From Ptychomitrium polyphyllum (Eukaryota): 64,000 nucleotides of DNA. The translations under genes were made by a program, and so were the position numbers. Location: contig OZ316776.1 in assembly GCA_973851085.1 (NCBI GenBank), positions 12,772,001 to 12,836,000 on the forward strand, written 5' to 3'. Position 1 is the stretch's first letter, and the number at the start of each line of letters is the position of its first letter. Shown here in pieces: positions 35,820 to 47,932 of this stretch. A model generated the notes under the pieces. That model worked only from the letters and a program-made list of their open reading frames with translations, did no database searches and had not been told where the DNA came from.

Positions 35820-36640
35820 TGTTCAGCATAATTTCTGTTTGTCATGGTCTCTTCCAACTGACGACTTCAACTAGCATGCAGTTTTGTGCTTCAACTTTCT
35901 GTATGAAGTAATAGAAATTTCATAGGTTTGTTACCAAGTTGTCTTGGTGGTTGCAATTTTAACATTTCAGTCAAAGCATTCCAGAAGAAAACTGAAACTA
36001 GTGGACCTGCCAACCCATGTGCTCTGATCTTCTCTTCTAATGCTTTGCTTAGCATTGAAAACCTACTTTGGTGCAATGCAGACTCAGCTGAAAGTGTGTC
36101 ATCTCAATTGTCAAGGTCCTTCAATATGAATAAGATAACATAGATGAGCCTGGTCTAATCTTGATCCACCACCTGAGATTGTTGCAAGCAGCTCCTGGCA
36201 AAAAAAAGTTGCATCTTTTCAATCTATTGATAAAGTATCATGAAGATGAGGGTACATGCTTCTCCTGCAACACACCTTTGAGTCATGGAACCACCCATCT
36301 GTTCTGCATGTGTAATTGATGGAGCTGTGTTGTCATTATCGAATTTGAAAATATAGTTTGGGAATCCAAAGTAAGTGGCACAGCCTTTACAGATACATAT
36401 GTAAGTTGAGCACTTGGTTTTAGGTGTCCAGAAGCTAGCAAAAGAAACACCATTGAACTGTTTGTGATGTTCAGACACAATGAACAATAAGGCACACTGC
36501 TCCAATATCACAGACCATGATCCCAGTGATGTTTTCTGGTTTGGAATCTCAAAGATTTGAGAGTCCAGGCTGTCAGTGTCATGTAACAATAAGTGCTCCC
36601 ATACCCAACACTTGTACTGTAGTTGTAGATTTGTTGTATG
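35820..36640 (-). pseudogene. Decayed coding-like relic of unknown origin
   Basis: ORFs 36224-36589 and 35891-36076 share one frame with only three stops between them; CpG-poor and TG/CA-rich; GTAAGT donor-like site near 35820. Confidence 0.3.
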
Positions 36641-39250
36641 TCAGTATCAATTACAGCTAGTTGAAACGCACACACCATAGGTTGGTTGCAGGTTTGTCAA
36701 AATTATTATCCTAAATATGAATGTCATTCTCAACAACTTCATTCTTCTGTAAATTCATGGTATTGACATTAATTGTAGGATTACAAGGATCAAACTCTCA
36801 TGATTTACAATTATCTCATAAGAGGTTGGAGTTCTTCTCTTCCTTCACACATATTGAAAGCAACTGAGTTAGGGTGACGTACTAAGTTACTAGGCTAGAT
36901 AAGTAGTTATCTTAGAATCAAAGATGCCCCTTTCATTCCCCTTCCATCTAATATAGAACCAGCATTGGTGCTGATAATATAGAACCAGGGTGAGGTTTTT
37001 CACGGACAAGAATGTATGCCTTAATAATTTGGGTGCACGTTCCACGCATAACTGAGATTTGAGATAGTTTGAGATTTGAGATTTATGAAGCACAAAAGAT
37101 TCTTGCTCTTCATTTGGATTGCAGAAAGTGAAGCATCCTATTAGTGGTAGTCAGGAATGTTTTAAGAATGTTTGGAGCATACTGCACTCTCCTGACTCAT
37201 AAGTTGTAAAGTTGCATGAATATTGCAGTGTTGCAGAGACAATAAACCGCAATGGAATGTGGTATGCTGCATACAGGTGCTCAGTGATTTTTTTTTGGTT
37301 AGTTTTATCTACTTGCTGAAACAAATATGAGCTGGCTAAATGATAGAGTAAGAATTTCCTACGTATATAATTTAGATATGTAACATTTTTAAATCAAAGT
37401 ATTATCTAGGTGTCATTTGAGACATGCAGATTGCCCAAATATGACGTAAGCATTTACATGGAAAAATATCTAAGAAGTCTAGATTGTTCCTCTTTTTGGA
37501 TTCATTTTATTTATTTCACTTCATGCCTCTTTAAAAATGTGACATTTACACAGGTGGTGCTCTCAAAAAAAACAAGCATTTTCCCACCTTGCACTTCTAA
37601 GGTTAAAACAAACATTCTTCAAAATCCATCTTTTCCTTCTGTACTTTTATATGTTTTAATACATAGTTTCCCAAAAACAATCAGTATCTACTTTTACAAA
37701 TGATAAGTGAAAAACTTACGTATCTATGGTAATCTTACTATTATATATGTATGTTTAAAGATGACAATGGGATTGTGCATATGCAAAGTAAATTCATTTC
37801 TTCAATTCAGCCCACAGTACATGCATATGGAGGATATAATGAGGAGTGAGTTCTGGGTCTGTGTGCAAGTACAGGACTACAAGTTGGTGTGGAGAGAGGA
37901 TGGGGATGGACAATATAAGTGTTCCCCACCACAAATTTGGTGGGCCCCCCATCTTATGAAATGCTCCCTTGAACTCCATGCACTGAACCTGCATGTCACA
38001 TAGAATTTTTACAAGATGTAAGGTAGAATAGCCCATGACCATGGCAATTCATGACCACCAGTTACTAAAAGACTAAAAATTATTATATGTATCATAATAC
38101 ATCTTTATACCCTTTTTTATTGATGGTTTGGGTTTGGTGAATGGTAGTAATGGATTGAGATTGGATACAATGGGGATCTTGGAGTGGTCATTCTGGGAAA
38201 TAAACCAAATTAAGTTAATATTTGTTGTTTCAATGGTTAATTAACCAATCTACAAGTCATTGCTAGACTAATCTATTGGTGGTTTATGGATTAATCAATT
38301 GGTAATTATGTGTGTTTTTCATAAAAACTCCCTTTGAAAATTCATAATTAGTTTATTTTATTTTACATCTTAGTATGTGCCATGGAGATGGACTAATGTT
38401 AAGTTTTAGGACCACTTTATAGCTTGTTTTATACAAGGCAAGACAAGCAAACTTTTTTGGAAAAGATACGGATGTTTTAGGCCAAAGACAAACCATAAGA
38501 GAAGATGGAAAAGTGTCAAAATAATCAAAATGAAAAAGTCTTCTTTTGTGGAACAACTCTTGGATTGTCATTCCAAACCACTCCTAAAAATGGTCAATGG
38601 GGAGAAAACTTTCTTTATAATAATTGTAGTCATAAAGGCACCAACTCATTTTACATCCATCTTCAAATTACTTCTACACTAGACAATAAGACAAACCGTG
38701 AAGTAAATCTTGTCGACTACTACCAGGGACAAATTTTGAAGACTCAAATGCAAACAATTATTGAAAGTCTAAAATGCTGGAAAAAATCAATGTGGCAAAG
38801 TTGGCAGTACAACAAAAGTAATTCTCAATAAAACATTATGCCAGGCATGCCAAGTTGAGTGTGGATGTAATGAAGAATGAAGTGCTCGAGAAGGCTCTGC
38901 ACCATGCTTGTGGTCAAGGAGCAACAACAGCCAGCAATGACTAGGTTGCGAACATTGTTGACTGCAACAATTCGAAAGTTGCATTTCACTACTGGTATTT
39001 CTTTGTATTTTCTTTCTATTGTATTTGGGTTGTATTTGGGTTTGCAGCCCTGTGGTCACTTCTCACTCACTTCTCACTTCTCACTTCTCTCTCGTCTAAA
39101 TTAACTAATTTGCCATGGTCATATCACTGTCATACCCTGTGAGTGCCCTGTCATCTCTTACTCAGTGATGTACCCTGTAGTGTATGTCTTGTCAGTGTTA
39201 TGGGCATTTACTCTGTGTTCTGTCACATGATGACTGCGAAGGATGGCCAA

Positions 39251-39412
39251 CATGATTTCATCCCTAGTACACGTTTTCATGACTTCATCCCTAGTACACG
39301 TTTTCATGACTTCATCCCCAGTACACAGTCACATGACGTCATCCCCAGTACACAGTTTCATGACGTCATCCCCAGTAAACAGTTTCATGACGTCATTCCT
39401 AGTACACAGTTT
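39251..39412. repeat. 27-bp minisatellite x6 (catgacgtcatccccagtacacagttt)
   Basis: Units start at 39251, 39278, 39305, 39332, 39359 and 39386. Confidence 0.93.
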
Positions 39413-42400
39413 CATAATTTTCATAATTTTCCCTAAATATCTCATTCTGAATAAATATTTTAATGTTTTATAAAAACTAGAATCTGTCCAAACCAATATT
39501 TCCTACAATTCAGTTTTCAACTACAAAGTATTTTCCTAAATATGACTTTCCAAAAATATTATCCAGTTTGCCATATTCATAAGGTTACAACTTTATTAGA
39601 GGAGACCCTCATTTGTGTCCTTCCTATGCCCTTTTTCCTTAGAAATATCTAAAGAACAATGTAATTGTATGGTTTTACTTAAGCTAATTCCTTCAAAGTG
39701 AAATTGATTGGATCTAAAAATAATCTGAAGTAAATTTTTAAAATAGAAGGCCATACAGAGTCTAACTTCATCTTGCTTAGTATGCCCATACAAAAGTTTT
39801 GTTGCAGGATTCTAACTTTTAAAGTTTTGATGATCATTTATGTCTTTAAACAATTGCTACAATTCTTTTGTGCCATACAGATGTTTAGTTTTACATCTCA
39901 AAAATAAGACACATGAAGATCAATAAAATTTTGAAAAATCATAAATGTTATATTATATAATTTAAGAGCTTTTTCAAAATAATTAACAATTAATGAGTTT
40001 CTTGAATTTGAAATTTTTATTAGCTTTATTTTCCTTGCATGACAAAATGATCTTTAGTAGTAATATTCTTCTATCCTTTGCCTTTGTGATTTAATACTAC
40101 CTTTCTATAAGTACTTGTAATTTTTAAATATGAACCTTTTTTGCTAACCTATTAAGGATTTTGATGTTTTTATAAGTAATTGCCAAAATATTGCTTTATA
40201 TAGAGAACAAGGTCTAAAAAATTAATTTTCTTACAAAAGTATAAGTATATTTAAGATAGAAAGTAATTAGAATTATTTCTATTAATAAGGTGCCAAAAAA
40301 TCCAAAATTTTAGATAAAATATCTTTATTTAATATTTTGTTATTATTGAGGAAAGGGGATATTAAATATACAAGCTAATTTCCTTCCAAGATATAATACT
40401 CTTATTTATGTTTTAATATTTTATTTTTTTCATGCAAAAATTGCTTACATGGATGATTTGAATGAAGTAGCATTTACTCCACACAATTGCATTCAACTTG
40501 GAGCCTCATTTCATGAATTATGGATATTAAAGATGTATGGATGATAAATGTACATATATAAGCACCATTGAAGTGAGGATTTTTTACAGTTTTGTTTTAA
40601 AGCCAATATGAAATACAACATATGAATACTTTTACAATGCATTAAATTCTAACAATATAGGAAGACTTCTATAAATGTTATTTTGTAGAATAGCTACAAT
40701 ATGAAAACATGTAAAAATCAATCCTTAAAAATATAAAAGCACTAGAAGACTGTCTTAGTTAATTACACAACATTTAAAGAAGTTTCTAAACTTGTGTCTA
40801 CATATGTTACTTAATTACAACATGGAAGAACAATTTACAATGTACAAGGACCTTTAAAATGACTTTGTCAATCACTCACAATATAGAAGCATTTTTGTAA
40901 GACTTGTATAAATCAATTAAAATGTAAAAGAACTCTTGCAACCTATCATTATATCACCAGGTCACAATTAATTACTTTTTTGGAAATATTGGAACGAATT
41001 GAATAGTAATTGAACTTGCAAAAAAAACTTCAAGAATATATACTTCCAATTACTTCATGTAATTACTTCATGTCTTTAAAGTTCTATGTGAAAATGTGCA
41101 ATTTTATCATCAAAGTGATGAAAATGTCATGGAATTGTGATATGTTCTAATTTAGTAAGCTAAATACATTTGTATTAAAATACATGCTCTAATCACAAAT
41201 AAAAAAATATTGTGAAGAATGAGATCATGGATGTAAATGTTGAAAAGACTAATAACCACCAAATACATGTTCAATAACTACTAGAGACAAAATGGGATGA
41301 AAAATGGAGGAGAGAGTGGTGGTAATAGAAATGAAGTTTAGTGCAATTGGCCTCTTGGAGTGGTAGCCAAGGAGAAGAATATGAATTTTACACTAGATTT
41401 TTATAGAAAATCATGTAGTGAATATGAGCTTGCTCCATGGTGATTCTTGAATGAAATTTAGGTGATTATACATCCATAAAGTGGTGATCACTAGTTCTTA
41501 TTTAGGCGGTTAATGGACCTACTGGTGTTCTATGATGTTTCACAAAAAATACCATTTAAGAATTCATACCTGATTCAGTTTTGATTAAAAAACTATGATA
41601 CAAGTTGCAAATGGCTTCCAAAAGCAAATTGTAGCGTCTATTCATGAATGACATTCAAAAGGGTGTCATTCATTCAAGTTTATACAACATTCTTGGGAGG
41701 GCACAATCCATAAGGCCGTGGACACAGGCCTGCTTAAGTTGATGGTTGGCCGGCCATGGCAGGCTGGTAATGTTTACTCAGTCGTCACCTAGCCATGCAG
41801 GAAGTTGCTGTGAGAATCATCATGGCTGCAAAAATTTTACCAATTTCCTTGCGAAGGCTTCGCAATATTTTAGCCTGGGTCTCTGCCTTCAAAAGGAGCC
41901 CCAGGGCTTGTGAAAAGAGATCTCCTCGTTGGAGCACTCCCACTGTGTGTGTTTGTGTATATATACAGGCCCCTCTCCTCTCCTGCTTCTTCTCAGGCAG
42001 CTCTTCCTGTTTTTGAACGGAGTGATTTCGAGAGAGCTCTTTGTGAAAGAGAGAGGAAGGGAGAATCTCAGCAGGGTGTACTCCATTTCTTACCGCAAGT
42101 TGTGAGTTTGGGCCCTTGGGAGTTAGTACAACGTTTATGGCTCGAAGGGCGCCATCAAAACTCCGACTTTTGCAACTCAGACTGCCAATACAACTGGGGT
42201 TTGAGCTTCAGTAGAGGCTATTCCCTGCTGAGGATACTTTTGATGGTCAATATTTAACTCCTTTCTGCGGTTTGCAGAGTGAGTTCAGCACCGTTTGGTC
42301 TTTAGATTTTTCATGTTGTGTTCATTTTCTGGCGTGAAGTAAGGGAGGGCCTTGTGTAGAGTTTTGTACTGTACCTGAATTTTGATAGTGTCAAGGAGCT

Positions 42401-42919
42401 TACGGTATTGCTACGAATTGTGCATTCGCACTGGATACCTTGTGAGACCTCTTTAATCCAGATTGACAGGTTTGTATGTCTGTCATTCTCAGCAGCTATT
42501 GCTGTTGTGGTTGAGGCAAGTGTAGTGAAATTTTTGAAGAGATTAGTACCTTGAGAGTGAACTTAAAGCCACTGGGAGAACAATTGCCGGGATAAAATTG
42601 ATCGCTGAATGTTACAGCATAAACTGGAGGGGATATTGGAACATAGTGTGCCTGCTTCTTTTTCTATGGACTCGTGCATCTTGAGTCTAACACGAGAGAA
42701 CCTCAACAACAAATTCTCAATCTGTTGTTGCAAGTTCCGGCACCAAGTGAGGAGATCCTTGCTGGAATGTCACAGCCAACGGCCAGAGTGCATAAGCCTA
42801 TAGTTGTGATTTCTTCCTCCGCCTAAACTTCTGTTATATGCAATCTCTGTGGATTAGCTGAAGTTTGACCCCCCCCACCCCGCTGGAAGTGGGTCTCTGC
42901 CCATTATAGGTGGTTGTTC

Positions 42920-45400
42920 ATGGGTGGCATGGCACACTGCCAGGAGACTACTGTCGAAGTCCTTTCAGAAGGATGGTTTCAGGTGAACTTCAGAAATCAC
43001 GTTTGCATGATTTTTCTCGTCTTGAAATGCTCCGTCTCTTGTTCTCCTCTACATGTGCGTGGCCTTCATTGAAACAATGTTCTGAGAGTTGTTGTTGAAG
43101 CTTTCATTTCAAGCTTTGTGAAGCGGGAGCTTAAGTGTCAACACATGGGATATGTCTTTAAAATGTAAGCATAAATAGAAAGGAGATAATTAAAGAGTTG
43201 GAGAAGTAGGAAACAAATTTGTTCTTAGTAAACCACAGCTTCATGGGGAAAGCCGACGCTGAAGCATGCCTAGGATCTGGTGTTTCTAAGTTGCTATAAC
43301 AAAGAATTATTTTGCTCAAGTGAGGTTTGTAACTGATTGCAGGAAAGTTTGAATGCACCAACTTCCATGGACGTTGCTGATGGAACAAATCTTCTGGACG
43401 CGAACGCCGTAGCTTCAGAGAGCGTCGTTGAGGAGCAGCCCCCCAGTATAGAGGAGGTACTAAAACCATAAGCATTCTGACGATAAACTTGAGCTCGCAC
43501 ATTTCATAAGCACAATATTGAGTGTGCAAAAGTTAAAATCACTGATATTAATCTGCTCCCACTTGTGTTGTTTTGTATGATGTCATAATAGGCCATTATG
43601 TCTTTTGCAAAAAGGAAACCATAGTGCAATATATGGTGGCATGAAATCTAAGTGTGTGAGCGACGTTGATGGTGTAGGCGTTACCTGCCCATATTCTATC
43701 AGACATCATTAACAAGGTTAAGGATGCTAAGGACCTTGCAAACTGTATGGCAACGAGCAAGACCATGAACGAAGCTGTGCAACAAGTGCGAAGCCTCAGC
43801 CTTGTGTGCCGGAAACGGTACTACGACCTTGCTCGGGAGCGCTTTCCCATCCGACGCCCATGCTCAATCTCAGACGATGAAGGAGAAGAGGAGACGGATC
43901 CTTCTGATGATTCTGATGACAGTGAAGAGGAAGAAGATGAAGAAACATGCGAATGGTCAGCTCCAATGCTGCCTTCCCCTGCACAAGACACTACTTGCTG
44001 CGGAAGCGCAGCCCTACTGCGGCCTCCGTATAACGCTGTCTCAAGCTCTTCCAAACAACCACCGGTTCATGTTTCGTTCAAGAACGCATGCCTGAACATG
44101 CTCCGCCATGTGAACAAGGTTGAGCAGCTTCGCATCGAAGTGGACATGAAAATGCAAGCAAACTTGTTCCAGAAGGAGGAGATCCACATGGTGGACTTCT
44201 GGTTGAGCGAGCCCATGTTCGTTCGCAAGTGGGTATCGCTGTGCAGCCACTCGCTGCGCCATCTCACTCTCGTTGATTACGGCCAGCAGGCCATCATGCG
44301 CCAGTCGCCCATTGTCAGAGTGCTCTCTGAAACTTGTAAGTATCATCTCCACCTTCCTTTCTCAATAATTCTTCACCTTCCTGGCTCTGAGATTAGGGTT
44401 AACCTGATTCAATTACCATGTTGACCATTAAGGCCTCATCCAACTTGTGTGTGGCTTGATAACAACAGGCAAGAACTTGCAACATCTGGAACTTCGCAAC
44501 ATGTACCTCGACACAAATGACCTCGAGATCCTCCCTAAGGTACAAAGCCTCACACTCCGCTGCATCAAGATGACCGACAATTCCCTTGCGGACATCAACC
44601 ACTCTATGCCGGCCCTCGTTACTCTAGCACTCGTGAGCGTCTTTGGCGTGCAAGAAGCCCGGATCTCCTCCCAAAACCTCCAAGTCCTCTGCCTTGGTCT
44701 CTCCACTTCGGCCAAGACAGTCGACCTCGACCTTCACACCTGCACTAAACTGCAGCTCAAAATGACATGCCCTGACTCCCTCCGCGTCCGCGCTCCCAAT
44801 CTCGCCTACGTCGCCGTCTGCATGGAAAAACGGGACGGCTCTGTGGTCGAATTCGACAATGTCCACAACCTCAAAGAGCTTCTCTTCGGTGCTTCCCACT
44901 TCAAAACCCTCTCCAAGCTCATGCGCACCAATACTAGCCTGGAGAAGCTGTTCCTGGACGTCCCCTGCATGTCCCTGGGCGAAGACGGCAAATGGGAAGG
45001 CGTCCTGGACCAAGTTCCTCGCAACTTGCCGGACATAGAAGCCCTCCGGGAGTCCTGCCCGGTGCTCCAGACGTTGAGCGTAGGTCCCGGATTGTGGCAC
45101 TTTATGGAGCAGGCCTTCAACATCAACAACCAAAAGCTCGCAACATTCCGTAGGTGGCCTGCCCTCTCGAAACTCATTGTACATATGGTAGTGCAGAGTT
45201 TGGAGACTTGCATTGCCGTATTGCAGTCCTTGGTTGATGCTATTCCCTCTCTGGAGTCTTTGGAGGTTTATGTGCATTTGGACAGCCCTGTCGATCTGCA
45301 GCTCTTCTGGGCTCTCTGCAACAAGCAGATTGTCACGCACACTCGCTTGCAGCTGGGCACTTGGAAACGAAGTCTCAATTTTGCGTGCTTTAGCTTCTGA
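42920..45400 (+). CDS. F-box/LRR-repeat protein (At4g29420-like)
   Basis: Exons 42920-42982 (tentative), 43343-43456, 43678-44335 and 44469-45400. F-box LPAHILSDIINKVKDAKDLANCMATSKTM, acidic insert, DFWLSEPMFVRKW, LRRs such as LQHLELRNMYL and VQSLTLRCIKM. Start uncertain (alternative ATG at 43367). Confidence 0.82.
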
Positions 45401-47932
45401 TGGTGATTGAGTCGATCTTAGCTATAGATGTGTTGATTCGACTTGACTCTTTAGCTTCTGATCGACGTGTCTAGCTTCAAGCATTGTGGAGGACTTCGGT
45501 ACTCTGTATTTGATAACTTGTATTGGTAAAGGATTGTGTCGTTATTGCATTTGTGATTAGCCAATCTGAAAATGGGTTTGCTTCCTTGTTTGTTACCATA
45601 CAGTGTTTCATTTTAAGTACTCACAACTGACGGCCTGTCAAGCGGTTCATTTGTTATGATTTCTGAGTAATGACTTGTGGGAAATCAAATGTTTGGTTGC
45701 AATTTGATTCAGGCCCAAGCTGAATTGATTTCTGTAACAGTACAACTAAAATTGGTTAATAGTTTTGGCTGGTATGGTTGGATCATGCACTGTTTCACTG
45801 CCAGTGGTCATGGGCGGCGTCTAACTGCAGCTTGTATTTTAGTGGACATTTCTTAGAGGCCCCACTTTGAAATGTCGACAAGTAATACCTACATTCATCA
45901 TGAGGACTTAGAAGAATTTATGGACCAAGTCTTTCACTAAAAGCAAGCCCATACTTGACTATTTACTGCAAATGGGGTAACCATGTATACAAGTGTTTAG
46001 AGTATATAATGTACATATGGTTGATAAGAATACACACAAATAGAGGAAAACTAGCATATTGTGCCTTGGAATTTGTCCAATCTCCTTCACTAGTGTTAGA
46101 CAAAGTATATCATAGAATTGCAAGGACGGTTGCCCCTATTCCTCACCTCATGTGGTGAGACCAAGCTGCATAGAACTTAGCATTCTTTTTGACTTTGACA
46201 AGTCAAATATACTCTTGTGTAAGGATATGGCACTAACCCATTTGTTCCATTTGTTCATGTTCTTGATAAGTGTGTCCTATGTTATGTAAAATAAATACAA
46301 AATCTACAACAGTGGAGAATCCATAGACCATGCACTTGAATATTCCAGTTGCAAATCTAAGATGCTTGAAAAAACTATAACAATAGCTTTTAATGTTACC
46401 AGAGCTACATGCAACTATACACAAATAGACTTCATATGCATTATTACACCTACATGCGTCATCACTACCATATTCTGCAGTCCTCCATGTGTATGAGGTC
46501 CCTTTGGCTCCAATCATAAAGGATCTACATCAGACAGTCATTTCTTGTGGCCACAGTGGTACCTAGGACTGTAGGTCAAGTCCAAATATCTACATTAATG
46601 AGGATTGCTCATAAGCTTATACTATTTAACACAAGCTGAATTCTGAACACTGAAGGCAGTCTCTATATCAGCAGCACAAGGTATAGTGCACTATTGAAAT
46701 TGGTGAGCTCTTTCCCTTGCACAGAACTTCACAACAAATATCCAATCTGAACGTCTTCGTCACATTTCAGAGTAACAATTTCCTTGTTAAATTTTAAAAC
46801 CATGATCAGTTAGGCCATGGGAATTTCCTGATATAAGTTAGACATTTATTGAAATTTTCAGAAACATGTGAAATACACTTGAGGACAAACAAGTAATGAC
46901 AATACAACTGGCTTGCTGTCCTGGCCAATCAGCATGAGTACTTGGTCAATTGTAGTACTGGACCTAGAAATGGTCATTATTGGTCGAGGGACTCAACAAC
47001 AGCACCATCAATTCGATCAAATCAGGTACTTACTTAAACATGCTCACACTTCAGAGCTTTCTTCATAGCTAAAAGCCACACTGCACATTCTATTAGGTTC
47101 TTGGGAACAAAAGGGATATTCAGCTGATATACCATGTACACTGATATGCTTGTACTCGGTTTGATTTTTTCATTGAAATTTGCCCCTGTAGAAAAGAATC
47201 AAAGCATCAATAAGGGCTGCTAGATCAGCAATAGATTGTACACAACGCGCATTTTAAAAAGCATTACATACAATATTTCATAACCAAATATGAAGGACTG
47301 ATTCTGTAGAAATTTCTGACCTGTTTACTTCAGTGATGAAGTTCTGGTTGGAACTCCGTGAATGTGCAAATGGAAGATATATGCTCATTATTGTCCATTT
47401 TAGTACTGTTCGCAGATGACGCTGCCGAGAAGTTTGTCTATAAATAATGCATCACTTAAAACTGCTTCGTATATTCGTGAATTCTCTGACAAGAAGATTC
47501 TGCCTCCATACTAGCACGAAGGCAACCAGAGTCCATCTGTTCCTGGCTAATGCTTCTCACAAACCCCAGAGTACGGCCCGTAGCAAATCCAGCCGTCACT
47601 ACCAGACGGAGTAAATCTTTCAATTCAATCCCTGCTAGCACCAGAGAAGCCTCCGTGTGATGCTCAGCATCATATTGTAGAAGACCATAATATCCGAATA
47701 GGAGTAATTTAATTATGATCAGTAACCTGGATTTCCAAAGAAGAAGGGTGAACCTACCCAAGAGATTGTAGGATACCCAATTTTCTGTGCTCCAGCTCCT
47801 TAACTCTTCAACCTTGCTGTACGAATGGTCAGAATTTTTCTCCGTATGTGAAGGTACGACTGGTAGTTTGCATTATTTGTTGAAGAGTAAATTCATCAAG
47901 GCAATATGAGCTCAGGAGACTACAATTGCGTC

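Noticed and set aside
37919..37950. cccacca...tggtggg hairpin as a Helitron 3' end
   Set aside because: No CTRR terminus at the expected distance
38505..39104. Short ORFs that might be a transposase fragment
   Set aside because: No catalytic motif recognised; too weak to call
39251..39412. Possible CRISPR-like array or repeat-encoded protein (HDFIPSTRF)n
   Set aside because: Units are contiguous with no unique spacers, the context is eukaryotic, and the ORF follows from the 27-bp period
44624..45340. 238-aa antisense ORF over the F-box gene
   Set aside because: Shadow ORF produced by codon bias
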